From NCBI GenBank assembly GCA_965203445.1, contig OZ241883.1:2208001-2272000 (forward strand): a stretch of 64,000 nt of DNA, written 5' to 3'. Each line of letters opens with the position of its first letter. Within the stretch, counting starts at the first letter, position 1. This DNA comes from Candidatus Oxydemutator sp. Its GTDB lineage: Bacteria > Pseudomonadota > Gammaproteobacteria > Poriferisulfidales > Oxydemutatoraceae. Below, one piece after another: positions 51,673 to 64,000 of this stretch. Both the position numbers and the translations under genes were made by a program. The notes beneath the pieces are model-generated. The model saw only the letters and a program-made list of their open reading frames with translations, ran no database searches and had not been told where the DNA came from.

Positions 51673-53043
51673 TCAGAAATTCGACAACAGCAGGCGGTCT
51701 ACGTCGTTGTAGATCGCGAGCAGAAAGAGCATACCGAGCAGCGCGATACCGATAATCTGCGCGCGCGCCTCGGCGCGCCTCGACAACGGCGATCCTTTGA
51801 TCCACTCGATCAGGTAATACAGCAGGTGGCCGCCGTCCAACACCGGAATCGGCAGCAGGTTGAGGATACCGATACTGATGCTGAGCAGGGCCATGGTCGT
51901 GAGATACGCCACAAACCCCATCAAAAACGAAGCGCCGGCGAATTCCGCGATCGTCAGCGGGCCGCTTACGTGCTCGAAGGACACGTGTCCCGTCAGCATG
52001 CGCCCGATGAACTTGAGCGTCATCCACGACATCGCGACGGTCTCGGAAAACGCGCGCGCCACCGCCGCAAGCGGGCCGTAACGCACCAGCACCCGATAGC
52101 GCTGCAACGACTCCGGCGACGCCTCGGGCGCGGCGCCGATGCGTCCGATCCGCTCGCCGCCCTGGGCGACTTCGTCTATCGCCAGCGACAGCGACAGCAG
52201 CGCGCCGTCGCGCTCGATCACGACCGGCACGACGCGCCCCGGGCGCGCGCGCACGTCCTCGACCAGAGCACGCCAGCCGGACACGTCGCGCCCGTCGAAA
52301 ACCGCGACGCGGTCGCCGACCATGACGCCGCTGCGCAGCGCCGAGCCGGAAGGCGTCAGCTCGCCAATCACCGCCGGCAACGAAGGCACTTGCGGCGTAA
52401 CGCCGAGGCGCGCAAGCAGCGAGCTTTTGACGTCATACATGTCCTGTCCCGCCAAGTCGAGCACCAGGCGCCTGCGTTCGCCGGCGTTTGTGACCTCGAG
52501 CGGCACGCGCGTGTCGGCGTCGAGCGACGCGTCCAGCAACGTCAACACCACGTCCTTCCAACCGTGCACGTCGCGCCCGGCGACCGCTACGATCTCGTCG
52601 TCGGCGACCAGCCCGGCGCGCATCGCCGCGCTGTCGGGCGCCACCGCGCCGACCAGCGGGCGCACCTGATAAACGCCGACCACGGCGATGACGAAGTACA
52701 ACAAAAACGCGAGCAGCAGGTTGGCGGCCGGCCCGGCGGCGACGATGGCGGCGCGCGCGTGGAGCGGCTGGTTGTTGAACGCGCGCGACGCCTGCTCCGG
52801 CGCGACCTCCCCTTCGCGCTCGTCAAGCATCTTGACGTAGCCTCCGAGCGGCAGCATGCCGACCACGTACTCGGTGCGGTCGGCGCCGGCGATTCGGCGG
52901 TACAGGGGTCTGCCGAAACCGATGGAAAACCGGATTACCTTGACGCCGAAACGCCGCGCCACCCAATAATGGCCGAATTCATGAAAGGCGATCAGTATGC
53001 CGATGGCAACGATGAACCCTATGGCGCCGAACAAAAATGACAT
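51673..53043 (-). CDS. rseP: RIP metalloprotease RseP
   Basis: HEFGH, LGGYVKM, PDZ domains, NLLPIPVLDGG. Confidence 0.96.
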   Translation of the reverse strand: MSFLFGAIGFIVAIGILIAFHEFGHYWVARRFGVKVIRFSIGFGRPLYRRIAGADRTEYVVGMLPLGGYVKMLDEREGEVAPEQASRAFNNQPLHARAAIVAAGPAANLLLAFLLYFVIAVVGVYQVRPLVGAVAPDSAAMRAGLVADDEIVAVAGRDVHGWKDVVLTLLDASLDADTRVPLEVTNAGERRRLVLDLAGQDMYDVKSSLLARLGVTPQVPSLPAVIGELTPSGSALRSGVMVGDRVAVFDGRDVSGWRALVEDVRARPGRVVPVVIERDGALLSLSLAIDEVAQGGERIGRIGAAPEASPESLQRYRVLVRYGPLAAVARAFSETVAMSWMTLKFIGRMLTGHVSFEHVSGPLTIAEFAGASFLMGFVAYLTTMALLSISIGILNLLPIPVLDGGHLLYYLIEWIKGSPLSRRAEARAQIIGIALLGMLFLLAIYNDVDRLLLSNF

Positions 53044-53102
53044 GTCTGCTCCCGCTTGCCTCAGACCGCGCCATTATACGGCAACCGCGCGCCCCGGCCG
53101 CG

Positions 53103-54278
53103 CTATCGGCGCCAGGAGCGCGTCAGACGCGCCGCGTGGGCGCGCGCCCTGGCGCCGGCCTCGAGCACCTCGTCGAGGGTGCCGGCCGGCGCGGCGCCCA
53201 ACGCCGACAAGGTTTCCTCGTTGACGCGGGCGATCGCGGGAAAGGCGACGTCGCCGGCCAGGAAGGCGCGCACCGCCTCCTCGTTGGCGGCGTTGAGCAC
53301 CGCGGGCGCGGCGCCGCCCGCTTCGAGCGCGGCGTAGGCCAGCGCCAAACACGGGAAACGCGCGCTCTCGACCTCGCCGAACGCGAGCGCCCCGCAGCGC
53401 GCCAAGTCGAGCGTCGCGACGCCGCTGGTGATACGCCGCGGCCACGCCAGCGCGGCGGCAATCGGCACGCGCATGTCCGGCGCGGCCATGTGCGCCAACG
53501 TGGTGCCGTCGCGCAGCTGCACGAGGCCGTGGACGATGCTCTGGGGGTGGATCCAGACGGCGATACGCGCACGCTCGAGGCCGAACAGCCAATGCGCTTC
53601 GATGACCTCCAGGCCCTTGTTCATCATGGTCGCCGAGTCCACCGAGATTTTGCGCCCCATGCGCCAGTTCGGGTGTGCGCACGCCTGATCGGGGGTAATC
53701 GCGTCAAAATCTTCGAGCGGGCGCGTCAGAAAAGGGCCGCCCGACGCCGTCAACACGATCCTGTCCACGTCGCTCCCCGCGCGCAACCCCCCCAGGCACT
53801 GGAAGATCGCGTTGTGCTCGCTGTCTATCGGCAGCAACTCGGCGCCGCCGTCGCGCACGGCGCGCATGAAGAACTCGCCGGCGGTGACCAGCGCCTCCTT
53901 GTTCGCGAGCAGCAATCGCTTGCCGGCGCGCGCCGCCGCCAGCGCCGCCGGCAGGCCGGCGGCGCCGGCAATGCCGGCGACGACCGTGTCGCAATCGTCA
54001 GCCGCGGCGACCTCGACCAGCGCCCGTTCGCCGGCGGCGGCGCGCGCCTTCAGTTTGCGCTCGCGCAGACATTGTTCCAGGCGCGGCAGACTCGCGGCGT
54101 CGGCGACGACCGCAAGCCGCGGGTGGAACTCGGCGCACAGCCCGGCCAGACGCTCGGCGTCGCGGTGTGCGGTCAGCGCGAACACGCGCATGCTTTCGCG
54201 GTTGCCGCGCACGACCTCGAGCGTGCTGGCGCCGATGCTGCCGGTGGCGCCCAGTAGCGCGAGCGAGCGCGTCGTCAT
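53103..54278 (-). CDS. dxr: 1-deoxy-D-xylulose-5-phosphate reductoisomerase
   Basis: LGATGSIG, LANKE, PIDSEH, DSATMMNKGLE. Confidence 0.97.
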   Translation of the reverse strand: MTTRSLALLGATGSIGASTLEVVRGNRESMRVFALTAHRDAERLAGLCAEFHPRLAVVADAASLPRLEQCLRERKLKARAAAGERALVEVAAADDCDTVVAGIAGAAGLPAALAAARAGKRLLLANKEALVTAGEFFMRAVRDGGAELLPIDSEHNAIFQCLGGLRAGSDVDRIVLTASGGPFLTRPLEDFDAITPDQACAHPNWRMGRKISVDSATMMNKGLEVIEAHWLFGLERARIAVWIHPQSIVHGLVQLRDGTTLAHMAAPDMRVPIAAALAWPRRITSGVATLDLARCGALAFGEVESARFPCLALAYAALEAGGAAPAVLNAANEEAVRAFLAGDVAFPAIARVNEETLSALGAAPAGTLDEVLEAGARARAHAARLTRSWRR

Positions 54279-55081
54279 CACAGGTACGACAGGCCGAGCA
54301 GGAAAACCGGCGCCGCCGCCAGTTGCGAGTCCAGGCGGTCGAGCACGCCGCCGTGTCCGGGCAACGCGCGGCCGCTGTCCTTGACACCGGCGCGGCGCTT
54401 GGCCATGCTCACGGTCAAATCGCCGACGACGCCCATCAGACAGACGAACAGGCTCAGCAACAGGAGATACACGGCGTCGAGGACGCCGAGGCCGAGCCAC
54501 GACGCGGCGAGCGCGCCGAGCACGAAGGCCGCGGCAAGCGCACCGAGCAGCCCTTCGCGGGTCTTGCCGGGACTCAGGTCCGGACATAGCCTGCGTCGCC
54601 CGAAGCGGCGTCCCGCGTAATACGCCGCGACGTCGCAGGCGGCCGTCAGCAGTATCACGTACAGCAACCAGCCACGATGCAGCAGGTGCAGACCCGCGAC
54701 CGCGTGCCAAAAAGCCGCGGCCGCGACCACGAAGTGCGCCGACAAGGCCCACAAGAACCAGGTGCGCCCGCAAAACCCGCTGGAAAACGCGGCGACCAGC
54801 ACCGTCATCGCCAGCCACCAGGACACCGCCACGAACAGCCAAGTGCGGTCGGGCGACGGCGCCAGAAGAATCCACAGCGACGCCGTGAACGCGGCGCATA
54901 TCGCCGGATACAGCCAGCGCGGGGCGCGCGCGGCGACCAGGGCGCCCCATTCATAAGCACCCCAGGCGGCTATGAGCGCGACGGCGACCAGCAGCGCGTC
55001 GCGCGGCAGCCACCAGACCGCCGGCGCCACGACCGCCGCCAGCGCCGCGCCGACCGCCAGGCGCATGCGCCGATCGTCCAT
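54278..55081 (-). CDS. cdsA: Phosphatidate cytidylyltransferase
   Basis: SPGKT.EG, KRRAGVKDSG..LPGHGGVLDRLDS. Confidence 0.94.
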   Translation of the reverse strand: MDDRRMRLAVGAALAAVVAPAVWWLPRDALLVAVALIAAWGAYEWGALVAARAPRWLYPAICAAFTASLWILLAPSPDRTWLFVAVSWWLAMTVLVAAFSSGFCGRTWFLWALSAHFVVAAAAFWHAVAGLHLLHRGWLLYVILLTAACDVAAYYAGRRFGRRRLCPDLSPGKTREGLLGALAAAFVLGALAASWLGLGVLDAVYLLLLSLFVCLMGVVGDLTVSMAKRRAGVKDSGRALPGHGGVLDRLDSQLAAAPVFLLGLSYL

Positions 55082-55101
55082 GCCCGGCCTAGGCCTCGAC
55101 T

Positions 55102-55848
55102 CTAGGCCTCGACGCCGCCGAAGCGCCGTTCGCGCCGTGCGAACCAAGCCAGCGCCTTGTCGTATTCAGCACGGTCGAACGCGGGCCACGGCACCGGCGT
55201 GAAATACAGCTCGGCGTAGGCGCACTGCCACAACAGGAAGTTGCTGAGGCGTGATTCGCCGCCGGTGCGGATCAGCAAGTCCACGTCGCCGGCGCCCGAG
55301 TCGTCGAGATGGCGGGTAATGAAAGCCTGTATCGCATCGTTGTCGGGAAGGTCGCGCGCGGCCGCGCGCTCCCGGCGCGGCCCGTCGCACAGCAGGCGCG
55401 CGACCGCGTCGGCGACGTGCCAGCGCCCGCCGTAGTTGGCGGCGACGTTCAGGCGTAGGCGGCGCAGAGCGGCGGTGCGCCGTTCGGCGTGGCGGATCTC
55501 CCTTTGCAGCACCGGGCCGAAGGCCGAGACGTCGCCGATGAAGGAGACGCGCACGCCGTTGCCGGCCAGCTCCTCGATCTCGTCGCGCAACGCGCGCACG
55601 AACAAATCCATCAGGCCGCGCACCTCGCGGCGCGGGCGCCGCCAGTTCTCGCTGCTGAACGTGAACAGCGTCAGCGCCGCGATGCCGTACTCGACGCTGG
55701 TCTCGATGACCATGCGCACGCTGTCCAGGCCCTTGCGGTGGCCGTGGCCGCGCTCCTTGTGGCGCGCCTCGGCCCAGCGGCCGTTTCCGTCCATGATGAT
55801 GGCCACGTGCCGCGGCCGCCTCTGCTCCATCGCGTCGCTCGAACTCAA
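55102..55848 (-). CDS. uppS: Undecaprenyl diphosphate synthase (start may be 55830)
   Basis: HVAIIMDGNGRWA, FSSENW, RTGGESRLSNFLLWQ. Confidence 0.96.
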   Translation of the reverse strand: MSSSDAMEQRRPRHVAIIMDGNGRWAEARHKERGHGHRKGLDSVRMVIETSVEYGIAALTLFTFSSENWRRPRREVRGLMDLFVRALRDEIEELAGNGVRVSFIGDVSAFGPVLQREIRHAERRTAALRRLRLNVAANYGGRWHVADAVARLLCDGPRRERAAARDLPDNDAIQAFITRHLDDSGAGDVDLLIRTGGESRLSNFLLWQCAYAELYFTPVPWPAFDRAEYDKALAWFARRERRFGGVEA

Positions 55849-55869
55849 AACCGCGGGCGCCGGGCGCGC

Positions 55870-56427
55870 TCACATCTCCGTCAGTTCTTTCTCTTTCTCG
55901 GCGAGCATGCGGTCTATCGAAGCGACGTGCTCGGCGGTCACCTTGTCGATCGCGGCGTGCGCCGTTTTCTCGTCGTCCTTGCCGAGTTCCTTCTCCTTCA
56001 GCGCCTCCTTGATCTTGTGATTGGCGTCGCGGCGCACGTTGCGCACCGCCACCCGCGCCGCCTCGCCCTCGCGCCGCACCAGCCTGACCAGCTCCTTGCG
56101 CCGTTCGCCGGTCAGCGACGGCATCGTCACGCGCACGACGCTGCCGTGCACCGCCGGGTTCAGCCCCAGGTCCGATTCGGCTATGGCCTTCTCGACCTGC
56201 TTGACCAGGGCCTTTTCCCAGACGTGCACCGCCAGCGTCCTGGCCTCCTCGACGGTGACGTTGGCGACTTGGTTCAGCGGCGTCTCGTTGCCGTAGTACT
56301 CGACCGACACGTGGTCAAGCAGGCTCGCGTGCGCGCGCCCGGTGCGGACTTTCGCCAACTCCGAGCGCAGCGACGCCGTGCTCTTTTTCATGCGCTCGCC
56401 GGTGGCGCGCGCAAGTTCGTCAATCAT
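55870..56427 (-). CDS. frr: Ribosome recycling factor
   Basis: [28 protein letters not shown]. Confidence 0.96.
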   Translation of the reverse strand: MIDELARATGERMKKSTASLRSELAKVRTGRAHASLLDHVSVEYYGNETPLNQVANVTVEEARTLAVHVWEKALVKQVEKAIAESDLGLNPAVHGSVVRVTMPSLTGERRKELVRLVRREGEAARVAVRNVRRDANHKIKEALKEKELGKDDEKTAHAAIDKVTAEHVASIDRMLAEKEKELTEM

Positions 56428-57145
56428 CGTTCTCCCCCCGCTCCGACACCAGCGTGCCGACGTCGCGGCCGGCGACGGCGCGCGCAAGCGCGCCCGCCTC
56501 GTTCATGTTGAAAACCCGGATCGGTATGCGGTTGTCGCGGCACAGCACGATGGCGGTGGCGTCCATGAAATCGAGGCGGTCGCGCAATACCCGGTCGTAG
56601 CTCAGGCGCCGGTAGCATTTGGCGCGCGGGTTGTTCGCGGGGTCGGCGTCATAGACGCCGTCCACCTTGGTGGCCTTCAGCAGCAGCTCGGCGCCGATCT
56701 CGACGGCGCGCAGGCTCGCCGCCGAGTCGGTCGTAAAGAACGGGTTGCCGGTGCCGGCGGTGAACACGACGACGCGCCCCTTTTCGAGGTGGCGCACCGC
56801 GCGGCGGCGGATGTAGCCTTCGCACACCGCCTTGACCTCGAGCGCGGACATCACGCGCGTATGCAGGTGTTCGCGTTCCAGCGCCTGCTGCAACGCCAGC
56901 GCGTTGACGATGGTGGCGAGCATGCCCATGTGGTCGGCGGTCACGCGATCCACGCCGGTGGCGGCGAAATCGTCGCCGCGCACGATGTTGCCGCCGCCGA
57001 TGACGAGCGAGACCTGAACGCCGGTGTCCTTGAGCGCCTTGATTTCGCCGACCAGGCGTTCGACCGCGCCGATGTCTATACCGCGCGTGCCGCCCGGGGA
57101 CAGCGCCTCGCCGCTCAGTTTCAGGAGGATGCGCGAAGCCGCCAC
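56420..57145 (-). CDS. pyrH: UMP kinase
   Basis: [27 protein letters not shown]. Confidence 0.96.
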   Translation of the reverse strand: MAASRILLKLSGEALSPGGTRGIDIGAVERLVGEIKALKDTGVQVSLVIGGGNIVRGDDFAATGVDRVTADHMGMLATIVNALALQQALEREHLHTRVMSALEVKAVCEGYIRRRAVRHLEKGRVVVFTAGTGNPFFTTDSAASLRAVEIGAELLLKATKVDGVYDADPANNPRAKCYRRLSYDRVLRDRLDFMDATAIVLCRDNRIPIRVFNMNEAGALARAVAGRDVGTLVSERGENDD

Positions 57146-57150
57146 CGGCG

Positions 57151-58023
57151 TCAACCGCCCCGGGCTTGCGCCATGACCTCTGCGGCGAAGTCCTCCTTTT
57201 TCCTTTCGATGCCCTCGCCGACTTCGTAGCGGTGAAACGCGAGCACCGCGGCCGAGTGCCCGGCGAGCAGCGCGCCGACCGTGTGCTCGCCGTCCTTGAC
57301 GAACGGCTGTTCGAGCAGCGCGATCTCGCGTATATATTTGTCGAGGCGCCCCTCGACCATCCTGGCGACGATGTCGGCGGGCTTGCCGCTGTCCTCGGCC
57401 TGCGCCGTCAGGATTTTGCGTTCGCGCGCGAGCAATTCGGCGGGTGCGTCGTCCCTCGTCAGACACAGCGGGCGGGTCGCGGCGACGTGCATTGCGAGGT
57501 CGCGCGCAAGTTCGTCGTCGCCGCCGGCGACGTCTACGAGGACGCCGATGCGCGAACCGTGGCGGTAGGCGCCGCAGCACGAACCCGCGGGTTGCAGCCG
57601 CAGAAAACGCCGCACCTGAACGTTCTCGCCGATCTTCGAGATCAGTTCCAGGCGTGCGGCTTCGACGTCGCCACCGCCGACGTCGAGTTGTGCCAACGCC
57701 ACGGCGTCGCGCGGCGCGTGCTCGAGTATCGCGCGTGCGACCCTGGCGCAAAAGTCGTTGAATTGCGCGTCCTTGGCGACGAAGTCGGTCTCGCAGTTGA
57801 CTTCGAGCAGCACGAACGCATCGGCGGCCCGCTCGAGCACGACCACGCCCTCGGCCGCGGTGCGCGCGCCGCGACCGTCGGCCTTTGCCTGCCCCGACTT
57901 GCGCAACAGCTCGACGGCGCGTTCCACGTCGCCGCGCGCCTCGACCAGCGATTTCTTGCACTCCATCATGCCGACCCCGGTCCTGTCGCGCAGGGCCTTG
58001 ACCATGGCTGCCGTGACTTGCAT
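57151..58023 (-). CDS. tsf: Elongation factor Ts
   Basis: [31 protein letters not shown]. Confidence 0.97.
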   Translation of the reverse strand: MQVTAAMVKALRDRTGVGMMECKKSLVEARGDVERAVELLRKSGQAKADGRGARTAAEGVVVLERAADAFVLLEVNCETDFVAKDAQFNDFCARVARAILEHAPRDAVALAQLDVGGGDVEAARLELISKIGENVQVRRFLRLQPAGSCCGAYRHGSRIGVLVDVAGGDDELARDLAMHVAATRPLCLTRDDAPAELLARERKILTAQAEDSGKPADIVARMVEGRLDKYIREIALLEQPFVKDGEHTVGALLAGHSAAVLAFHRYEVGEGIERKKEDFAAEVMAQARGG

Positions 58024-58055
58024 TGCTTGGCGGGCGGGCGGCGGCCAGGAACCGC

Positions 58056-58796
58056 TCAGGCGGTCTCGGCGGCGACCTCGACGTAGGCGCCCTCGTCCGA
58101 CGGAAGGTCCTTCGCCTCGGCGATGCTCTCGATGATGGTGTCCGCGACCAGCGTCGCGTACAGCTGCACTGAGCGGAGCGCGTCGTCGTTGCCGGGAATC
58201 ACGTAATCCACGTTGTCGAGCGAACCGTTGGTATCCACGATCGCGACTATCGGAATCTCCAGCTTCGCGGCTTCCTTGACCGCGATGTTCTCGCGGCCCA
58301 CGTCGACGATGAACAACGCGTCCGGCGGGCGCTCGAGGTCGCGTATGCCCTCGAAACTGCGACTCAGCTTTTGCAACCTGCGGCGCATGCGCTGCGCTTC
58401 CTTCTTGCGCATCGTCTCGAGCTTGCCGTTCTCGACCATGTCCTTCAGCTCGCCGTAGCGAACGATGGACCTGCGCACCGTCTTGAAGTTGGTCAGCGCG
58501 CCGCCCAGCCAGTGGTGGTGCACGTACGGCATGCCGCAACGCTCGGCGTTCTCGCGGATCGCGCGCGACGCGGTTCTTTTGGTGCCGACGAACAACACGC
58601 GCCCGCCGCTCGCCGCCAGCGACGACAGAAAATTCAGCGCCTCTTTCAGCAGCGGCAGGGTTTTGTCTAAATCAATGATATGGACGCCGTTGTGCTCCCC
58701 GTAGATGTAGGGAGCCAGCTTCGGGTTCCAGAACCGCGACCGGTGTCCGAAATGCGCGCCCGCCTCGAACAGTTGCCGGACGGTTACTTCAGTCAT
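58056..58796 (-). CDS. rpsB: 30S ribosomal protein S2
   Basis: [23 protein letters not shown]. Confidence 0.97.
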   Translation of the reverse strand: MTEVTVRQLFEAGAHFGHRSRFWNPKLAPYIYGEHNGVHIIDLDKTLPLLKEALNFLSSLAASGGRVLFVGTKRTASRAIRENAERCGMPYVHHHWLGGALTNFKTVRRSIVRYGELKDMVENGKLETMRKKEAQRMRRRLQKLSRSFEGIRDLERPPDALFIVDVGRENIAVKEAAKLEIPIVAIVDTNGSLDNVDYVIPGNDDALRSVQLYATLVADTIIESIAEAKDLPSDEGAYVEVAAETA

Positions 58797-58852
58797 ATCG
58801 GGTATCCATCCCCATAGTATAGCATGTGGGCCTTCGGGAACGCTCATAGGGG

Positions 58853-58922
58853 CGTTCCCTTGCTTTTTGGGGACCCCGGGGTGGTGTTCCCTTGCTTTTT
58901 GGAGACGCCCGGGGCGTTCCTT
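58853..58922. repeat. Short tandem repeat (~31-bp unit, two copies plus a partial) in the rpsB leader
   Basis: GTTCCCTTGCTTTTTGG(G/A)GAC..CCGGGG twice, then GTTCCTT. Confidence 0.7.
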
Positions 58923-59102
58923 CTCGATGGCTTGGCACGATGATATTCCCCGAACTCCGGTGCGGGCGCTCGGCGTTGTAGCGTTTGGGTCGTCCGTGGC
59001 CACGTGCTATAATTCACTGAAGACTCCGTCGAGTATCTTTCCGGCCTTATACATGCGCTATCCCGCCGGTATGGACACTGGCGCGACACCTCGTCCCGGA
59101 CA

Positions 59103-59867
59103 ATGGCCGGCGTTAAATCACCCGAAGAAATAGAGAAGATGCGCGTCGCCGGGCGCCTGGCCGCGCGCGTGCTCGAGATGCTCGGCGCGCACGTCGCGCC
59201 GGGCGTCACCACCGACGCCGTCAACGACGTCTGTCACGAATACATCGTCGGCAAGCTCGGCTGCACGCCGGCACCGCTGCACTACAAGGGTTTCCCGAAA
59301 TCCGTCTGCACCTCGGTCAACCACCAGGTCTGCCACGGCATCCCGGGGCCGCGACGGCTGAAGAACGGCGACGTCCTGAACGTGGACGTCACCGTCATCA
59401 AAGACGGCTACCACGGCGACACCAGCCGCATGTTCCTCGTCGGCAAGCCGGGAGTACAGGCGCGGCGCCTGGTCGAGACGGCCTACGAGGCGTTGTGCCG
59501 CGGCATCGAGGCGGCGCGGCCCGGCAACCGCTTAGGCGACGTCGGCCACGCGATCCAGCAGTGGGCCGAGAGCCGCCACTACAGCGTCGTGCGCGAGTAC
59601 TGCGGCCACGGCATCGGCGTCGAGTTTCACGAAGAACCGCAGGTGTTGCATTACGGCGAACCCGGCACCGGCCTCGCGCTGGAGCCGGGCATGACCTTCA
59701 CCATCGAACCGATGATCAACGCCGGCGGGCGCCACGTGCGCCTGCTGCCCGACGGCTGGACCGTGGTTACCCGCGACCATTCGCTGTCGGCACAATGGGA
59801 ACACACCATTTTGATTACCGAATCCGGAAACGAGGTGCTGACGCGGCGTTCGGAGGAAACGCTGTAG
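59103..59867 (+). CDS. map: Methionine aminopeptidase type I
   Basis: FPKSVCTSVN, CHGIP, YCGHGIG, FTIEPM, SAQWEHT. Confidence 0.97.
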   Translation: MAGVKSPEEIEKMRVAGRLAARVLEMLGAHVAPGVTTDAVNDVCHEYIVGKLGCTPAPLHYKGFPKSVCTSVNHQVCHGIPGPRRLKNGDVLNVDVTVIKDGYHGDTSRMFLVGKPGVQARRLVETAYEALCRGIEAARPGNRLGDVGHAIQQWAESRHYSVVREYCGHGIGVEFHEEPQVLHYGEPGTGLALEPGMTFTIEPMINAGGRHVRLLPDGWTVVTRDHSLSAQWEHTILITESGNEVLTRRSEETL

Positions 59868-60126
59868 CGGCGGCACACCGGCGTACTCCGTTCGTCAGAT
59901 TTATTTCGCTGCCATGCTCTGCACTTAACGATTTTCTATTGCAAAACAAGCCTTTCGGGGCTGGTTTTTCCCTCGCGCCACACTATAATCCTTGCATGTC
60001 TCTCTACTCCGTCATTCGTCGGCCAAATCCCACCTCTCGTCGGCGCGCGGCGACGGCGACCGGTATCGGCCCTTATAAACACCGAAACCGGTTTGTCCAT
60101 CAATAACAACGCAACGGGAGGATTCC

Positions 60127-61005
60127 ATGGGCGAAGAAAAAAAGGGGGAAGTGCGCGAACCAGCCGTGCAGGAGGCAATCGAATGGAGCGCGCCAGTCGC
60201 GCAAGGCGAGTTCAGAGAGGCGATGGCCGAGATCCGCGGCAAATTTGTCGAGATACGTGCCGAGCGCAAGGAGGACATCAACGATCTACGTCTCGAGATC
60301 ATGGAAGACTTCAACGCCTTGCGCATCGAAGTCAAAGAAGACATCCAGGCTCTGCAAATCGAAATCGAACGGGACATCGAAGTCCTGCGCGATGAAACCA
60401 GACAGGAAATCCAGGTTCTGCGCGATGAAACCAGACAGGAAATCCAGGTTCTGCGTGATGAAACCAAACAGGAAATCCAGGCCCTGCGGATCGAAGTCAA
60501 GGAAGGCATCCAGGCCCTGCGAATCGAAATCAAACGGGACCTCGAAGTCCTGCGCGATGACACCAAACAGGAAATCCAGGCTCTGCGCATCGAAGTCAAG
60601 GAAGACATCCAGGCCCTGCGAATCGAAATCAAACGGGACCTCGAAGTCCTGCGTGATGAGACCAAGCAGGAAATCCAGGCTCTGCGCATTGAGATCAAAG
60701 CAGACGTTGCCCGACTCGCATGCGAAATCGACAACCTGAGAGATGAAGTCGTCACCCTGCGCAATGAAATGGGAAGAGAGATCGCCACCCTGCACATTCA
60801 AATGAGAGCAGGCATCGCCACCCTGGGCAATGACACGAGAGGGGGCTTCACCATCCTGCGCGGTGAGATGGAAGGACACGTCGCTACTCTGCAAAGCGAG
60901 TTCAGAGAGGCTATCACCAGATCACAAAACACCATCATCCTGTCTTTTATCAGCATCGCCGCGCTCCTGGCCGGGATCGTATTCGGCATGGTGCGCTATC
61001 TGTGA
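60127..61005 (+). CDS. Coiled-coil repeat protein with C-terminal TM anchor (DUF1640/CCDC90-like)
   Basis: ~13 x 11-aa repeats ([11 protein letters not shown] / [11 protein letters not shown]) and a hydrophobic C-terminus; GGAGG RBS. Confidence 0.75.
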   Translation: MGEEKKGEVREPAVQEAIEWSAPVAQGEFREAMAEIRGKFVEIRAERKEDINDLRLEIMEDFNALRIEVKEDIQALQIEIERDIEVLRDETRQEIQVLRDETRQEIQVLRDETKQEIQALRIEVKEGIQALRIEIKRDLEVLRDDTKQEIQALRIEVKEDIQALRIEIKRDLEVLRDETKQEIQALRIEIKADVARLACEIDNLRDEVVTLRNEMGREIATLHIQMRAGIATLGNDTRGGFTILRGEMEGHVATLQSEFREAITRSQNTIILSFISIAALLAGIVFGMVRYL

Positions 61006-61081
61006 CGGAAAATCCGCCGCGCGCCGCGGGCGCTCCCGTCGCCGGCGGCGTCGAAGTTATAATCCCCCGATGGATACCCCC

Positions 61082-61901
61082 ATGGATAACTTGATAGAGA
61101 CCATCGAACGCGCGTTCGAGGAGCGCGATACGATCACGCCGGCGGACGCGCCGCCCGAAGTGACGGCGGCGGTCGAGCGCTGCCTGGCGGGGCTTGACGA
61201 CGGCAGTCTGCGCGTCGCCGAGAACAGCGACGGCACATGGCGCGTTCACGAGTGGCTGAAGAAGGCGGTGCTGCTGTCGTTCCGGCTGTTCGACAACCGC
61301 GTCACCGACGCCGGCTACACGCGCTTCTACGACAAAGTGCGCCTCAAATACGCGCACCACGACGAGGCCGCGCTGAAGGCAAGCGGCGTGCGCGTCGTGC
61401 CGGCGGCAATCGCGCGCTACGGTTCCTACCAGGCGCCGGGGGTCGTGATGATGCCCTGCTACGTCAACGTCGGCGCCTACGTCGGGCGCGGGACGATGGT
61501 GGACACGTGGGCGACGGTCGGATCGTGCGCCCAGATCGGCGCCAACGTCCACCTGTCCGGCGGCGTCGGCATCGGCGGCGTGCTCGAACCGTTGCAGGCG
61601 GCGCCGACCATCATCGAGGACGACTGCTTCATCGGCGCGCGTTCCGAAATCGTCGAGGGCGTCATCGTCGAGCGCGGCGCGGTCGTCTCGATGGGCGTCT
61701 ATATCGGGCGCAGCACGCGCATCTACAACCGCATGACCGGCGAAATCGGCTACGGGCGGATACCGGCGGGCGCGGTCGTCGTGCCCGGCAATCTGCCGGC
61801 GGCGGACGGCAGCCACAGTCTGTACTGCGCCGTCATCGTCAAGCAGGTGGACGAGAAGACGCGCGGCAAGGTCGCGCTCAACCAGCTGTTGCGCGATCCT
61901 G

Positions 61902-61918
<17 letters not shown>
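61082..61918 (+). CDS. dapD: Tetrahydrodipicolinate N-succinyltransferase; last codons supplied by the inserted element
   Basis: [33 protein letters not shown]; stop lies within the left TIR. Confidence 0.96.

Positions 61919-64000
<2,082 letters not shown>

Noticed and set aside
48815-51712. Long antisense or alternate-frame ORFs (also 3438-6032, 7702-9363, 35951-37708, 20949-22571)
   Set aside because: Shadow ORFs of recognised genes caused by high GC; no recognisable motifs.
60271-60699. Possible CRISPR array (33-bp period)
   Set aside because: Contiguous in-frame coding repeats without unique spacers; no cas genes.

Overview
High-GC gammaproteobacterial chromosome segment. Most of it is housekeeping: purA-hisZ-hflCKX, aspC, thrC-hom-alaC, nlpD-pcm-surE, moeA/moaE, lpxA-fabZ-lpxD-skp-bamA-rseP-dxr-cdsA-uppS-frr-pyrH-tsf-rpsB, map, dapD-dapE, tRNA-Asn and tRNA-Ala. 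It also carries a serine-cycle-type operon (sga-mcl-mtkAB-hpr) and an accessory island after tRNA-Asn with Mrr, restriction-gene scraps, a 4078-aa repeat surface protein containing a 5307-bp tandem duplication, and an AAA/DUF4143-type ATPase. The most notable observation is a tnpB-only mobile element present in two related copies: full length at 61902-63187 and internally deleted at 14918-15424. Both are bounded by ~24-bp terminal inverted repeats (GGGAATTATATA...) and 8-bp target-site duplications. This is DDE-transposon architecture, resembling the IS1595 family/ISNwi1 group, not the IS200/IS605 or IS607 architecture TnpB normally has. All calls come from reading the sequence and ORFs; no database searches were run.
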